Shown in pieces: positions 1 through 10,278 of a stretch of 64,000 bases of DNA. Numbering within the stretch: the stretch's first letter is position 1; each line of letters starts with the position of its first letter. The notes under the pieces are model-generated. The model had not been told where the DNA came from and made no database searches. It worked only from the letters and a program-made list of their open reading frames with translations. A program made the translations under genes and the position numbers. This stretch comes from Cyanophora paradoxa CCMP329 (taxonomy: Eukaryota; Plantae; Glaucophyta), in assembly GCA_004431415.1 (NCBI GenBank), contig QPMI01000693.1:1-64000 (forward strand), written 5' to 3'.

Positions 1-1690
1 CTGGGCCAAGAGCGAGGCCATTCGCGCGCCTCCGAGGGGTCGTACCACACCCAAAAATCCGGCCCAGCTCGCCCTCCAGCCGATTAATTCGGTTGCGCGC
101 TGGCTGCCTCGTCGCCCACGTCTCGACGCCAGTCGTAGATTGCTGCGATAATTGCGCAGATGAACTGGATGGTGTCGGCCGCCGTCGACGGGGTACTTGA
201 AGAGTTCTTCACGATCTCTTCCGCGCTGCGCCCGTTGATGATATCCACGATCACCTGCGCGATGGCGCCCGCGAGGATGGACAGGCCAAGTCGCCCACGT
301 GCCGATCCTCATTTTCGTGAGGGCGCTCAGGGGACGACATGCCCGTCTGCAGGCCAAAGAGCGACCGTCATGATCATCTGATCGCGGAACGTATCGAAGA
401 ACTCGGCCTCCCCTATCTTGCCCTGCGAGAGCGCCTGGTAGGCGAGAGCAGGCCGCCGCCGTCGCCAGCCCAAGGCCCGCCGCCGCGCGCCCGCCCGCCG
501 CATGGCCCCGAGCCCGTACCCCCAGCCCGGCGCCCACCAGTCGATGCCCGCCCCTGAAATAAATCGGCTGCCCCGAAAGACATGCCATCGTTGTTCGCCG
601 TACCCGCCGGAGAAGAGGTCTCGGCGCTGAAGGGCCTCCTTGGCCACCCGGGCCGCCTGGCCCTCGGGCGCCCCAGGAGGCGTCGCGCTGCTCTTTGGTG
701 GTGAATCGCTCGAGGTCGAAATCGGCGAGGGCGTCGGCGGTGCGCGGTTCAGTCGCCGTAGGGCATGAGGGCGTTGCGCAAAATAACGTCCGAGTCGCCC
801 ATCACGCGCCTGTCGAGCGTCTGAAACACGCCCTCGGAGGGAGGCGGGCGGTGCCCGGGCGCATTTCCTCCACGGAAACGTCGTCCCTCTCCGCGAGCGT
901 GATATCGTCGGGGCTGGCCGAGCCCACGCCCGCGCCCTCGTCGGCGTAGGCCCTTCCCCTCCTTTTTAAGAGTTGATTGGCCTCCCGTTTCAATGCTTGG
1001 TACTCTGTCTCTACCTTGGTTTTTCTCGCCTCCTCCTCTGCCGCCTTGCGCTCTGCGATCTTCCTCCTCTGCTCTTCTATCTCGGCGTTGCGTCTCGCCG
1101 CGTTCTCCTTCGCCTGCTGCTTCCGCTCTTCAATCACCCTGTTTGCGTACTCCTTGTCCGCTTGGGCCTTTCTGTAGCGCTCCTCGATCTGACTCTTGGC
1201 CTCGTCTCCTTCCTTAGTTCGCCTATGAACGCCGTCGTATCTATGTAAAGCTTGTATTTGGCGGGTGGATGCTCACGTTTAAGGCCTCCAGATCGCGCAC
1301 CATGGCGTCGTACTGTGCAAGCCCCTCCGCTGGAATGACGGCTCTTCGCTTTCCCAAACTTGCTCAGCTTCTCCACGTAATCGACATGCGACGTACGCGC
1401 TCTGTGCGCCGCTCACCGTTTTCGGATTGGCTCGCAGCTCTGCCAGAAACTCCCGCTTGTACATCCCGTACATTGACCATTCGAGGCGCCCGCCACAGGC
1501 TCGCTTCGGTCCGCAGTTCGCGGTGCATCTCCTCCGTCGCCGTATGCTATCCAGATGGCATCGCTGATGTCTTTGCACGTAGCGCGCGTCAAAGTTTTTC
1601 CACTTCTCATCGGCCATCTTTCTCCTCAGCTCTTCCGCGTCTTTCTGGCCCCTGCCCGTCAGCTGGTTCATCACATATGTGAAGTCGCGA
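1..1690 (-). pseudogene. Fragmented coiled-coil coding region, probably one gene (or the continuation of 1694-3748) broken by frameshifts
   Basis: Overlapping minus-strand ORF pieces (1279-1674, 1413-1610, 1134-1376, 802-1137) each carry E/K/R-rich protein-like segments in shifting frames. Confidence 0.45.
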
Positions 1691-1693
1691 ATG

Positions 1694-3748
1694 TCAACCC
1701 GAGAGCTCGTATTTTCTCGCCGTTGCGCGATTCGTTTCTCTCAGCTCTCGCATCTTTGCCCCCATGGCATCGAGGGTGTTGTTTTTGAAGGCCTCGAGGG
1801 CCCTCTTCCGTCCCGCAACCTTTGGCTCTTCGAGACGTGCGAATTCCTCGTCCGATGCAGTTTGCATTGCCTTCAGTCGTTCCTCTTCTGTCTTGGCGAC
1901 CGCCTCCTCGTCCGCCCTGCGCCGCTGCTCTAACGCATCGAAGAGGGCCCTCTGGTCCTCGATCGTGAGGCCGATGAGCTCTTCCACCTGGTCGCTCCTA
2001 CCCAGACGCGCAAAGGGCAGCCTCTCGGCGGCCGGCCTTGGATCGGGCCTCGGCGTCGTCTGCGTCTCGGCCGTCCCCATGGGCGAGCGTGCCTCTGCGG
2101 TGGCCGCGTACTTGAGCAGCCTCTGCGCCAGCTCGTCCGCGTTGGCCTTGAATTTTTTCGACTGCTCGTCTGCTCGCTCGGCCGCCTCCTTTAAATTTTT
2201 GATCTCCTCCCGGAGCCTGTTCGCCTCCTGCACCGCGCCCGTTTGCAGCTCTCCTGCCTTTCTCCTCGTTTCCTCTTCCTCTTCCAGCAGCTGCCTTCTC
2301 GTCTCTGCCTCCTTTTCCAATTTCTTCTTCCTATCCTCGATCTCTTTCCTCTGCGCCTCGAGCAGCTCGGTGCCTGCGGTCAGCGCTTCAATTTCCTGCA
2401 GCTTTTTCGCCTTGGCGGCTTCCCTTTGCTCGTTTATCCTCTTCAGCTCCTCCTCGGCGTCGAGTATCATTTTCGTGCGCTCTTCCGCGACCTGGCGCTC
2501 TGCCGACCTTAGCGCGGTGAGGGCGCTCTCTTCCTGCCTTTGCGCGTCTGTCATCAGCTTGTTCGCTTCCGCCTTCTTCTCCGCGACCTCTGTCATTTCC
2601 TTGTCTTTCAGCTCGCTCCATTGCTTCTTTTCGTTCTCGAGTTTGTAGTACTCGCGCTGCGCGTCCTCGGAATCGAATTTAATGGGGGGTCTCGCGTTCA
2701 GCTCGTCGATTTGCCTCACGAACCCCTTCCGATCCTTGTAGTATTTGATGCCGCCTACGATGAGGGCGCCCCCGAAGATGGCCGTTGAAGTGGCAAGGCC
2801 TGCTACCTTATCCATGCCGTCCCCGCCCGATCCGCCGCCACCCGAGCTGCTGCTGCCTCCACCCCCGCCCACTGGCGTGCCGCTGGAGCCCCCTCCGCCC
2901 CCCGTGCCTGTACCCCCGCCCCCGGTGCCTGTACCCCCGCCCCCGGTGCCTGTACCCCCACCCCCGGTGCTTCCGCCGCCCGTACCCCCACCAGGAATCG
3001 CACCCGGCACCTTGGGCCCGCCGATGATGTCGTCGTACAGGTGGCGGTGCGCCCAGTCCGTGATGTCGGCCTTCACGTGCGGGTGCTTGACGAGCGCGTA
3101 CCTCTCGTCGTGGAAGTGGTCCTTCAGCGCCCAGTTCTGCGTCTTCGCCCAGTCCGAGCGATCGGGGAGCACGTCGGGCGCCGTCGGGATGCGGCCCCCG
3201 CCCGTCGTCTCCGGCGTCTCGCCCGTCCTGTCGGCGCTCAGGGCGCGGATGTTCACCTTGAAGTGGTCGAACCACGCGAAAAACTCCTCCCTGTCGCGCC
3301 TGTACTGCTCGGGCTCCATGCTCGGCAGCGCCTGGCGGCTCCAGTAGATGTGGCGCAGGGGGCCCGCGATGCGCTCGAGTGCGTTGTACCCGGGCCTCAC
3401 GTCCCCCTCTGCGCCCTTTAGAGTCAGTTTCACGAGGTTCAGGGTGGCGTCTTTCGCTGTAACGGAGTTTGCGATTTTCACGTCGGCCGCCCTCTTAATA
3501 ATATTCCAGTCCACGCCCGTCTCGGTCGTCACGCCCCAGAGCCCCTTGATAATTGCGGTGAGGTCACCGTAATCGTCCAAGGTACCGACGGACGTCAGGA
3601 AATCGCTGTAGGTCGCGCCCTTGCGCAGCCTTATCTCGTCCGCGTAAATTCCCCTCACGCTCAGGCTCCCGTCTACCGCGAAGGCGCCGTTCAGCACCTC
3701 GTCCGGATTGGGAATCGCCATGCGCCAGGGGTCGTCGAGCATCGACAT
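1694..3748 (-). CDS. 684-aa protein: globular N-terminus, Gly-rich linker, one TM segment, long coiled coil (probable virion/membrane protein)
   Basis: GGGGTGT repeats, hydrophobic AIFGGALIVGGI, long E/K/A heptads; upstream TTTTTCT motif. Confidence 0.8.
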   Translation of the reverse strand: MSMLDDPWRMAIPNPDEVLNGAFAVDGSLSVRGIYADEIRLRKGATYSDFLTSVGTLDDYGDLTAIIKGLWGVTTETGVDWNIIKRAADVKIANSVTAKDATLNLVKLTLKGAEGDVRPGYNALERIAGPLRHIYWSRQALPSMEPEQYRRDREEFFAWFDHFKVNIRALSADRTGETPETTGGGRIPTAPDVLPDRSDWAKTQNWALKDHFHDERYALVKHPHVKADITDWAHRHLYDDIIGGPKVPGAIPGGGTGGGSTGGGGTGTGGGGTGTGGGGTGTGGGGGSSGTPVGGGGGSSSSGGGGSGGDGMDKVAGLATSTAIFGGALIVGGIKYYKDRKGFVRQIDELNARPPIKFDSEDAQREYYKLENEKKQWSELKDKEMTEVAEKKAEANKLMTDAQRQEESALTALRSAERQVAEERTKMILDAEEELKRINEQREAAKAKKLQEIEALTAGTELLEAQRKEIEDRKKKLEKEAETRRQLLEEEEETRRKAGELQTGAVQEANRLREEIKNLKEAAERADEQSKKFKANADELAQRLLKYAATAEARSPMGTAETQTTPRPDPRPAAERLPFARLGRSDQVEELIGLTIEDQRALFDALEQRRRADEEAVAKTEEERLKAMQTASDEEFARLEEPKVAGRKRALEAFKNNTLDAMGAKMRELRETNRATARKYELSG

Positions 3749-3773
3749 TTTATCCGCGAGAGAGAAAAATTAA

Positions 3774-4250
3774 CTAATGCTCCGCGTCCCACGTCCACTT
3801 CAGCTTGCCGCTCACCTCGCCCGTTGTCCAACGACCCACGGGCACCTGCCAGAAAACGTCGGCGTAGGGGTAATCGGGCCTGATAACTATCTGCTCGTCG
3901 CGCAGCCAGCGGTAGGCCTCGGAGGCATCGCGTATTTTCGGCTCCCAGTATTCCCCGCCCGCGCCGTTCGGCAGCGAGTACCCCTCCCTTGCTACCCGTA
4001 CCCTGTAGAAGTGCTCGCCCGTTAGCGTGTCTACCCCCCTGTACTCGAATTCTACGATTAAGGCCAAGTCCTGCCATGCGCTCTCGCCGAGACGGATGTG
4101 ACTGAGGCTGTGCAGCAGCCCGTATTTAATTGGACCAGAGGCGGTTACAAGATCGACTCTGTAAGCAAGGGGCGAGGGGTAGCCAGGCACGCCCGTAAAG
4201 GTGCGCGTCTTGACGCCCGAGCCCTTCCGCGGAAATATGATCAGGCGCAT
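3774..4250 (-). CDS. Hypothetical protein, 158 aa, beta-rich
   Basis: ATG ORF tightly packed between neighbours, with upstream ATTTTC motif. Confidence 0.7.
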   Translation of the reverse strand: MRLIIFPRKGSGVKTRTFTGVPGYPSPLAYRVDLVTASGPIKYGLLHSLSHIRLGESAWQDLALIVEFEYRGVDTLTGEHFYRVRVAREGYSLPNGAGGEYWEPKIRDASEAYRWLRDEQIVIRPDYPYADVFWQVPVGRWTTGEVSGKLKWTWDAEH

Positions 4251-4270
4251 TTAAGGGGGCCTGCGAAAAT

Positions 4271-4720
4271 CTATTTAGCGTAGGCCCAGAGGCCGAAGTT
4301 CTTGACGATGAAGGCGTTGTTCTTCTTGGTGGCGCCCGTGATGTCCGTGAAGCGCACGCGCAGCTCCTGGAATTTGTCGTACGCGACGTAATTCGGGCGC
4401 ACGGCCATGGGCACCTCGAACCAGTAAAGGATGGTGTTTTCCAGGCCGTCGTGGCCCCACGTCGGAATCACGACCTTGTTGATGCACGCGTTCACGTTCG
4501 AGATGGTCGTGACGTTCAAGTCGGGCGCGTCCATCAGCAGCACGTTTGCGGTTTTCGCGGCGGTGGGGTCCGGAATCGCGGTCGTGTCCAGCTCCAGGTA
4601 GACTCCCTTGATCTGCAGCGTGTCGATGTCGGAGGGGATCTGGTTCAGCTTGAGGCGCCAGAAGCCCTCGGAATCCTGCGTTTCTCCGTTCGACTGGACG
4701 TAGAGGTTAACGCAGGACAT
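4271..4720 (-). CDS. Possible minor capsid/penton (single jelly-roll) protein
   Basis: 149 aa of alternating beta-strand pattern with C-terminal LRVRFTDITG, resembling Polinton/PLV-type pentons; function is inference. Confidence 0.5.
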   Translation of the reverse strand: MSCVNLYVQSNGETQDSEGFWRLKLNQIPSDIDTLQIKGVYLELDTTAIPDPTAAKTANVLLMDAPDLNVTTISNVNACINKVVIPTWGHDGLENTILYWFEVPMAVRPNYVAYDKFQELRVRFTDITGATKKNNAFIVKNFGLWAYAK

Positions 4721-4749
4721 TATTTAGGGCCTTAGGAGGGGCTGAGAAA

Positions 4750-4938
4750 TTAAGCCCGCTTCGGTCCCATGTTCAGGAGGGTGGGCCCCACGAAGTAGTA
4801 GCCCGCGAATTGCGCGAGGAGGATCCGCAGCAGGTAGTAGCGCGCGGGCGACATGTACGCGACGGCGCCCAGGGTCAGCAGGCTTCCCAGGTAGCGCGAA
4901 TCGCTGAGGACGCTGTCGAGGTTCGGCAGGGACATCAT
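4750..4938 (-). CDS. Small hydrophobic membrane protein
   Basis: 62 aa, two hydrophobic stretches, upstream AATTTCT motif. Confidence 0.6.
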   Translation of the reverse strand: MMSLPNLDSVLSDSRYLGSLLTLGAVAYMSPARYYLLRILLAQFAGYYFVGPTLLNMGPKRA

Positions 4939-4966
4939 TCTCGGGTTTAAGGCCCCATTCAGAAAT

Positions 4967-5323
4967 TTACTTGGGCATGAAGAAATTCCTGACGCGCTCT
5001 CCCTCCTCGTGCAGCGCCCACTGCAGCCGATCTATGACGGCGGCCATCACGGGCGGGCTCGCGGCGGGGTTTTTCGCGTACGCCCTGGCGTCCTCTGCCA
5101 TCTGGGGGTGGTACTGCTCGACCCGCTTGGCGTAGCTCGCGATGGCGCGGCGGGTGCACCGATCCAGGTCAGCCGCCATTTCCGCCGGTGCCTTTGGCTG
5201 CTGCTGCTTCTTTCGCGCGTAAGTCCTAAGAAGCCAAGGGTAGGCCGTGGTGCTGCTGCTGGTGCTGGTGTTGGTGGGCGCTGGAGCCTCTGCGCTGGGG
5301 GCTGGTGTCGCGGGAGTCTCCAT
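4967..5323 (-). CDS. Hypothetical protein, 118 aa
   Basis: ATG ORF in a co-directional gene run, upstream TTTTTCT motif. Confidence 0.65.
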   Translation of the reverse strand: METPATPAPSAEAPAPTNTSTSSSTTAYPWLLRTYARKKQQQPKAPAEMAADLDRCTRRAIASYAKRVEQYHPQMAEDARAYAKNPAASPPVMAAVIDRLQWALHEEGERVRNFFMPK

Positions 5324-5615
5324 TTCCCATGTTCTCTAGAAAAAAACGCGTACCGGTCTGCGTCATCTGAATGTCCACGTGGTGCGGGCCTATGTTCTGG
5401 ACGCTCTCGCGCCTCTGCTCGGGCGGGGGCTCGGGCTCGGGCTGCCCGCGGCGCACGACCCTAAGGGCCGCCGCCTTCAGGGCGCCAGCACGGTGTTGGG
5501 GCGCACTCGCTCCGTGCCGCCCAGCAGCTCGGAAATCAGGAAGAGCGCGCCGCATACGACGGTGATGACGTCCGAGTGGGTGCATTCCCCTGGAACATCT
5601 TGCGGGCGCGTCAGA

Positions 5616-7592
5616 TTAATTAACCGCGGCCCCTGCCCCTTCCGCGCCCCTTGCCCTTTCCGCGCCCGCGGCCCAGCCCTCCGATCTCGGCGGCCTGCGG
5701 CGCGAAGCGCGGATCGTCCGAGGGGCGGACTCCGTCTGGAAGATGGAGAAGAGGTAGCCGTCCGTGTTGTTGTCGGTGTTATTCTGGTTGCGCGCGTGCG
5801 ACCACTGCTTCAGCAGGTCGCGCCGCTGCGTCTCGGGCAGCGTCTTCGTGAGGTACTCCTGCAGCCGCCCGCCGTAATTTTCCTCCGGAATCAGCTCGGC
5901 GAGGATGGTGGGCGGGTCTTTTCCCATGCCGATTCTCCCTCGGTTCAGGTCGTCGATGAGCTCCGCGTTCTGCAGGATTCTCTCCGCGTCCTGCCCCGCC
6001 TCTTGCTGCAGCTGCTCCACCAGCCTCCTTCCGGCCTCCGCGAATTTGCCGGCCAGAATTTCGCCCAGCCTCTCGTAGACGGTTGTCGTACCCGGCTCCT
6101 TTTCCTTGAGTACCACGACCCAATCGTACTTTGCCCAGAGCACCTGCAGGTTCGATATGTGGTCGATCGTGACGAGCACGTGGGCGTGCAAGCAGCCGTC
6201 GGTCGGCCCCACTTCCACGCCCCCCTGCACGCGAATTCCGATGATGGCGTTTGCAAAGGTATCGTCCTTGTACTTGCCGTCCTCTTCCTTTAAGTTAAAT
6301 CGAATGAACTTGTAGAATTCGGCGTCCGAGAGCACCTGGGCCAGGCTGCCGCGGAAGGCCTCCACCTCGAATTCTCTCGCGGCGCCCAGCCTCTTGTGCG
6401 TGTTGAAGAGCACCCAGTACCGCGACTGGCGCGCCTGACGAATATCGTAGCGCGTGCTGCCGTCGGCGTTCTTTTTGTTGAGGATGAAAACCGAGCGGCC
6501 CGTCTCGTTGATTTCGGTGATGACCTTTTCGAGCGCCTCCAGCCCGTTGGCCCTCGCGGCCTGCAGCCCCGTTTTCGTCTTTTCTATGTTCTCCCTCACC
6601 TCCGTCGATTTCCTTAGGATCTCGTCGATCCTGCTCATGTCGGGCGCGGCGATATCCTGCTTCCTAATTTTCTCCTGGCCCGAACCCGGCGCGATGGTCG
6701 ACTGGCCGAAGGCGGCGGCCATATCCTTGGCGGATTTCGAGGCCTTCGGCTTCGGGCCGCCCAGCACCGTCTGCGCCATCTGATTCTGCGCCTGCGTCGA
6801 CACGGCCGTGGTGTCGCCCCTCTTGCGCCGCTGCAGGCCCAAATTCGCGAGGAGGCCGCGCTCGTCCAGGAATCGGTAGCACTGCATGCAGAGCCACGAG
6901 TTCTTTGGGTACACCGGGGGCAGCTGCGCGGGCTTCTTGTCTTTGATCGGGGGGTACTTGTTTTTTGGCCTTTGCGCCTTCGCCCACTCGTTTGCCTTGT
7001 CGACCTTTTTCGCGTAATCGGCGTACGCGGCCTCCTTCTTCGCGGTCGCCTCCGCGACGGCCTCCGCGGTGCCCTTTTTGCGGGGTATGCTCGGGATTTC
7101 GTACATGAGGCGCAGGCAGCGGTAGCAGACGGGCGGCGATTTTTGGGCGCTCTGGAAGGCGCGCGGGATGGCCCGCAGGCGCTCCTCGGGCAGCGCGTCG
7201 TAGAACTGCTTGCTGTGGATGCTCCAGAACGTGGCATCTTCGTAGTAGGCGTCGAGCGCCTTGGTTTCCGGTACCTGCACGCGCGTGATCGGATCCTCGA
7301 GAATTTTAACTACATCCGGGATGCCCTTCTGCATTTCGATGATCTGCCCGTTTTCGCCCTCGACCAGCACGGCCCGCTTTGGAATTTCGACTATGGGCAT
7401 ATCGAGCTCGTTGTATTTCTTTTCCTTCATCTTCTTCCCCCGCTTCCCCTTTGGCTTTGGCTCATCCTCGGCCTCTTCCTCTTCTACCTCTTCCTCTGAT
7501 TCCGACTCTGGCTTCTCCTCCTCTTCCTCGTACGCCGACCCCTCGGACTCGCTCTCCGGCTTCTTCTTACGGCCTCGGCGCTTCGGAGGCAT
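5616..7592 (-). CDS. Long HUH-superfamily (rolling-circle) endonuclease with acidic/basic N-terminus and split Zn finger
   Basis: Motif I YWVLFNT, motif II EVGPTDGCLHAHVLV, motif III EYLTK; CYRC...CMQC; N-terminal PPKRRGRKKK NLS-like sequence. Confidence 0.8.
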   Translation of the reverse strand: MPPKRRGRKKKPESESEGSAYEEEEEKPESESEEEVEEEEAEDEPKPKGKRGKKMKEKKYNELDMPIVEIPKRAVLVEGENGQIIEMQKGIPDVVKILEDPITRVQVPETKALDAYYEDATFWSIHSKQFYDALPEERLRAIPRAFQSAQKSPPVCYRCLRLMYEIPSIPRKKGTAEAVAEATAKKEAAYADYAKKVDKANEWAKAQRPKNKYPPIKDKKPAQLPPVYPKNSWLCMQCYRFLDERGLLANLGLQRRKRGDTTAVSTQAQNQMAQTVLGGPKPKASKSAKDMAAAFGQSTIAPGSGQEKIRKQDIAAPDMSRIDEILRKSTEVRENIEKTKTGLQAARANGLEALEKVITEINETGRSVFILNKKNADGSTRYDIRQARQSRYWVLFNTHKRLGAAREFEVEAFRGSLAQVLSDAEFYKFIRFNLKEEDGKYKDDTFANAIIGIRVQGGVEVGPTDGCLHAHVLVTIDHISNLQVLWAKYDWVVVLKEKEPGTTTVYERLGEILAGKFAEAGRRLVEQLQQEAGQDAERILQNAELIDDLNRGRIGMGKDPPTILAELIPEENYGGRLQEYLTKTLPETQRRDLLKQWSHARNQNNTDNNTDGYLFSIFQTESAPRTIRASRRRPPRSEGWAAGAERARGAEGAGAAVN

Positions 7593-7626
7593 ATTTATTG
7601 GCTACAAGAAAAAAATTACACGAGCT

Positions 7627-8457
7627 TTACAGCCCCGTCTCGAGGGCCTCTACCGTCTTCGTAATGTACAGCTGCAGCAGATCCTTAAGGTTGCTCTGCG
7701 GCAGCAATTTTACGTCTACGTGCATCTGCCTGGCGGTTTCTCGCTTCCTGTAGCCCGTCTCCTTGCCCGTCCACTGCATGCCGAGGGCGTCCTTTCTCCG
7801 TATCGGCCGCACCGCCGTCTTCTGGTACTCCTCTCCGAACCAGTCGTCCTTGTAGAAATTCGGCAGGCCGCCCTGCCCCTCCGTCCGCATGAAATCGATG
7901 AGGAAATCCGACGCCCGCTTGCCGTCGAATTGCACGCGCGAGTAGTGCACCAGCGTGAGCAGGATGTGCGCGTGGAGCCGCCCCGACCGCGGCCCGTACT
8001 CGATGCCGATGTTCGCGTTGCCCCTCTCCACGTGCGTATCGTACTGGTCGGACTTGAAATCGAAGCCCTTGGGGTTCGCCTTGTCGGGGTACACCCCCAT
8101 CTTTATGCACCGCGCCAGCTGCCTGTCGTCGTAGAAGAGGGCCTCCAGCCCCCTGTGAAAGGCGTCCTGCACCTTGGAGCCTTCTCCCCTGCTCCGCGGC
8201 TTGTAGTTGGTCTGGATGGTGATCATGAAATTCGACTCGCGCTGGGGCCGATCCTCTCCGTTCAGTTTCCTCACGGGCGCCGCGTCCAGCACCTTCTGGA
8301 ACCACGTCTTGTCGGGCGCCAGCACCTTGTCGTTGATGTTGCCCACCACGATGTGCGTCTCTACCCGGGAGCGGCCGGAGGCGTCCATGCGGAGGTGCGG
8401 GTTCGGGGCGCGGGCTTGCCTGTTTGCTGCTACGCCCCTCGCGATGAGGTTGAGCAT
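7627..8457 (-). CDS. Short HUH-superfamily endonuclease
   Basis: Motif I FMITIQT, motif II EYGPRSGRLHAHILL, motif III LYITK; start set to ATG 8457, downstream of the AAATTTTCT motif. Confidence 0.82.
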   Translation of the reverse strand: MLNLIARGVAANRQARAPNPHLRMDASGRSRVETHIVVGNINDKVLAPDKTWFQKVLDAAPVRKLNGEDRPQRESNFMITIQTNYKPRSRGEGSKVQDAFHRGLEALFYDDRQLARCIKMGVYPDKANPKGFDFKSDQYDTHVERGNANIGIEYGPRSGRLHAHILLTLVHYSRVQFDGKRASDFLIDFMRTEGQGGLPNFYKDDWFGEEYQKTAVRPIRRKDALGMQWTGKETGYRKRETARQMHVDVKLLPQSNLKDLLQLYITKTVEALETGL

Positions 8458-8677
8458 GTCAGACCAAGGCCTAGAAAATTTTCCGAGGCTAGGGTGAGCT
8501 TCCACGTGGGGCCCCGGGGTACGTTCACGCCTCACCTGAGCCTCACATGAATCACCTGAGCAACGCCTTCTGTCACATCTGCGGCCTCACCTGCGGCTGG
8601 GACCCACTCGATTGCACGAAGCCAGTTTGCCACTTCTGCAAGGGAATAGCCCAGCTGCGGTACGAGGACTCGGAGGA

Positions 8678-9508
8678 ATGGCAGACTCTGGCGAAATCGA
8701 TCTCCTCCTCCGAAACTTCGAGCAGATCCAGCGCTACGGCGCCATCCTTCACGACGAGGGGGACCCAGACTTCGACACTCCGGCACCGTACCCCGCCGCC
8801 GCCGCCGCCATCACCAGTTCCTACCTTGGAGCCGGAGAGCGCCCCCGCAAGCGCAACCGTCGCACCCAAGGCCCCCAAGGCGAAGCCGCTGTCCCCTGCG
8901 GAAATTGCGGCTCTACCGCCCTCGTTGGTGTTCACCTGGATGGGGATCTGGTTTGCCAAGGCTGCGGTCTGGTCCTGGATCTTTATTATCCGGACCATCA
9001 ACCCCTGGCTGTCAGCGAAATCCACAGCAACTACCTGCGGAAGTACCACGTATCTGAGCGACTTAAGCAGCACTGCCTGGAGGATTCTCCTGTACCCGAG
9101 GACGTGCTGGCAGCTATTGCGAGGCGCATGGCAGGGAAGGAGTGGAGCAAAGACAATATCCGCCAAGTTCTCCGGGCTCTGAAGCAGCAGAAGTACATCG
9201 AGCGCTGGGCGCAGATCAAGTGGCGCATCACGGGCGAGCGCCCGCCTCCGATGAGCGCGGAGGATATGGACCGGGTGCAGGAGATGTTCGCCCTGGTGGA
9301 GGTCCCCTTCAGCATTTTCAAGTCGCAGGGTAGGAAGAATATGCTCAACTACAACTACGTTTTCAGGCAGATTTTCGTGCTGCTAGATTTGCCCCAGCAC
9401 CTCCCCTATTTTCCCTTGCTCAAGAGCAGGCAGAAACTCTCGGAGTTAGATTCGATTTGGAACAGGATCTGCGAGTACAACGACTGGCATTTCTTTCCTA
9501 CTCTTTAG
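8678..9508 (+). CDS. VLTF3: Viral late transcription factor 3 (VLTF3-like)
   Basis: CGNC/CQGC Zn ribbon, YLRKYH..E.L, RKNMLNYNYV, FPLLKSRQKL, D.IWNRIC...W.FFPT. Confidence 0.93.
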   Translation: MADSGEIDLLLRNFEQIQRYGAILHDEGDPDFDTPAPYPAAAAAITSSYLGAGERPRKRNRRTQGPQGEAAVPCGNCGSTALVGVHLDGDLVCQGCGLVLDLYYPDHQPLAVSEIHSNYLRKYHVSERLKQHCLEDSPVPEDVLAAIARRMAGKEWSKDNIRQVLRALKQQKYIERWAQIKWRITGERPPPMSAEDMDRVQEMFALVEVPFSIFKSQGRKNMLNYNYVFRQIFVLLDLPQHLPYFPLLKSRQKLSELDSIWNRICEYNDWHFFPTL

Positions 9509-9853
9509 CTACTCTTTAGTGATCGCGGCGGCCTTCCGCTCGAGCGCCTGCTTGATTCCGAAGCTCGCGCTGGTAGCCTTGATTAGCATGTTCGTCTGCC
9601 CGTGTGTAAATCCGAGGATGAACATAATTCCGCCGGTGGGGTCGTCGTCGAAAAACTTGAGGGTGAGCACGTATTTCGAGAGCAGGCCGAGGGAGAGGCC
9701 GTTGACGGCGACTTGCGCGGCGAGCTCGGCCGCGTGGCCCGCCCTATTTTCGCCTTCGTGCGAGGAGAAGGCGGCGTCGATGAGGGAGCCGGATGCCAGG
9801 CCGAGGGCGTACTGCACGATAGCCTGGGAGAGCCCTAGGAGCACCTTTGACAT
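9509..9853 (-). CDS. Hydrophobic (membrane/envelope) protein, 114 aa
   Basis: Three Gly/Ala-rich hydrophobic helices; abuts the VLTF3 stop. Confidence 0.7.
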   Translation of the reverse strand: MSKVLLGLSQAIVQYALGLASGSLIDAAFSSHEGENRAGHAAELAAQVAVNGLSLGLLSKYVLTLKFFDDDPTGGIMFILGFTHGQTNMLIKATSASFGIKQALERKAAAITKE

Positions 9854-9888
9854 TTTCCTGGGGCCTCGGAAATTTTTAAGGGGCGCGC

Positions 9889-10233
9889 CTAGGCGTCGGA
9901 GTCCTCGTCCTCTTCCTCCTCTTCCTCCGAGCTGGACTCTGAGGTCGCAAAATCGTCCGGGTCGCGCACGTAAATTACTCTGTCTCCCTCTTCGTCTGTC
10001 ATCTCTTCCGAGCTGGTGTCCTCGCTGCCCAGCGACTCAGCCGCGGCCTCGTCCGCCGCCTCCGACGTGAGGCGCTCCCAGTTAATTCCCAGCGCGTCGC
10101 AGATCCTCTCCAGGGCGCTGCTGACCTCGCCGTCGTTAAAGGGCGAGGAGGGGTCGAGGCTGGCCTCCAGGAGGCAGTCGTAGGCGATGGACTCGACGCG
10201 GAAGACGGAGGCGATGTGGGCGCTGGGCGACAT
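9889..10233 (-). CDS. Acidic hypothetical protein
   Basis: 114 aa with D/E-rich tail, upstream TTTTTTCT motif. Confidence 0.7.
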   Translation of the reverse strand: MSPSAHIASVFRVESIAYDCLLEASLDPSSPFNDGEVSSALERICDALGINWERLTSEAADEAAAESLGSEDTSSEEMTDEEGDRVIYVRDPDDFATSESSSEEEEEEDEDSDA

Positions 10234-10278
10234 GGTTACGCACGTAGCCTCAGAAAAAATCAGGCGAGGCCGCGGTGC

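Noticed and set aside
2820-2990. C-rich 21-bp tandem repeat as a regulatory element
   Set aside because: Explained as the Gly-rich linker of ORF 1694-3748.
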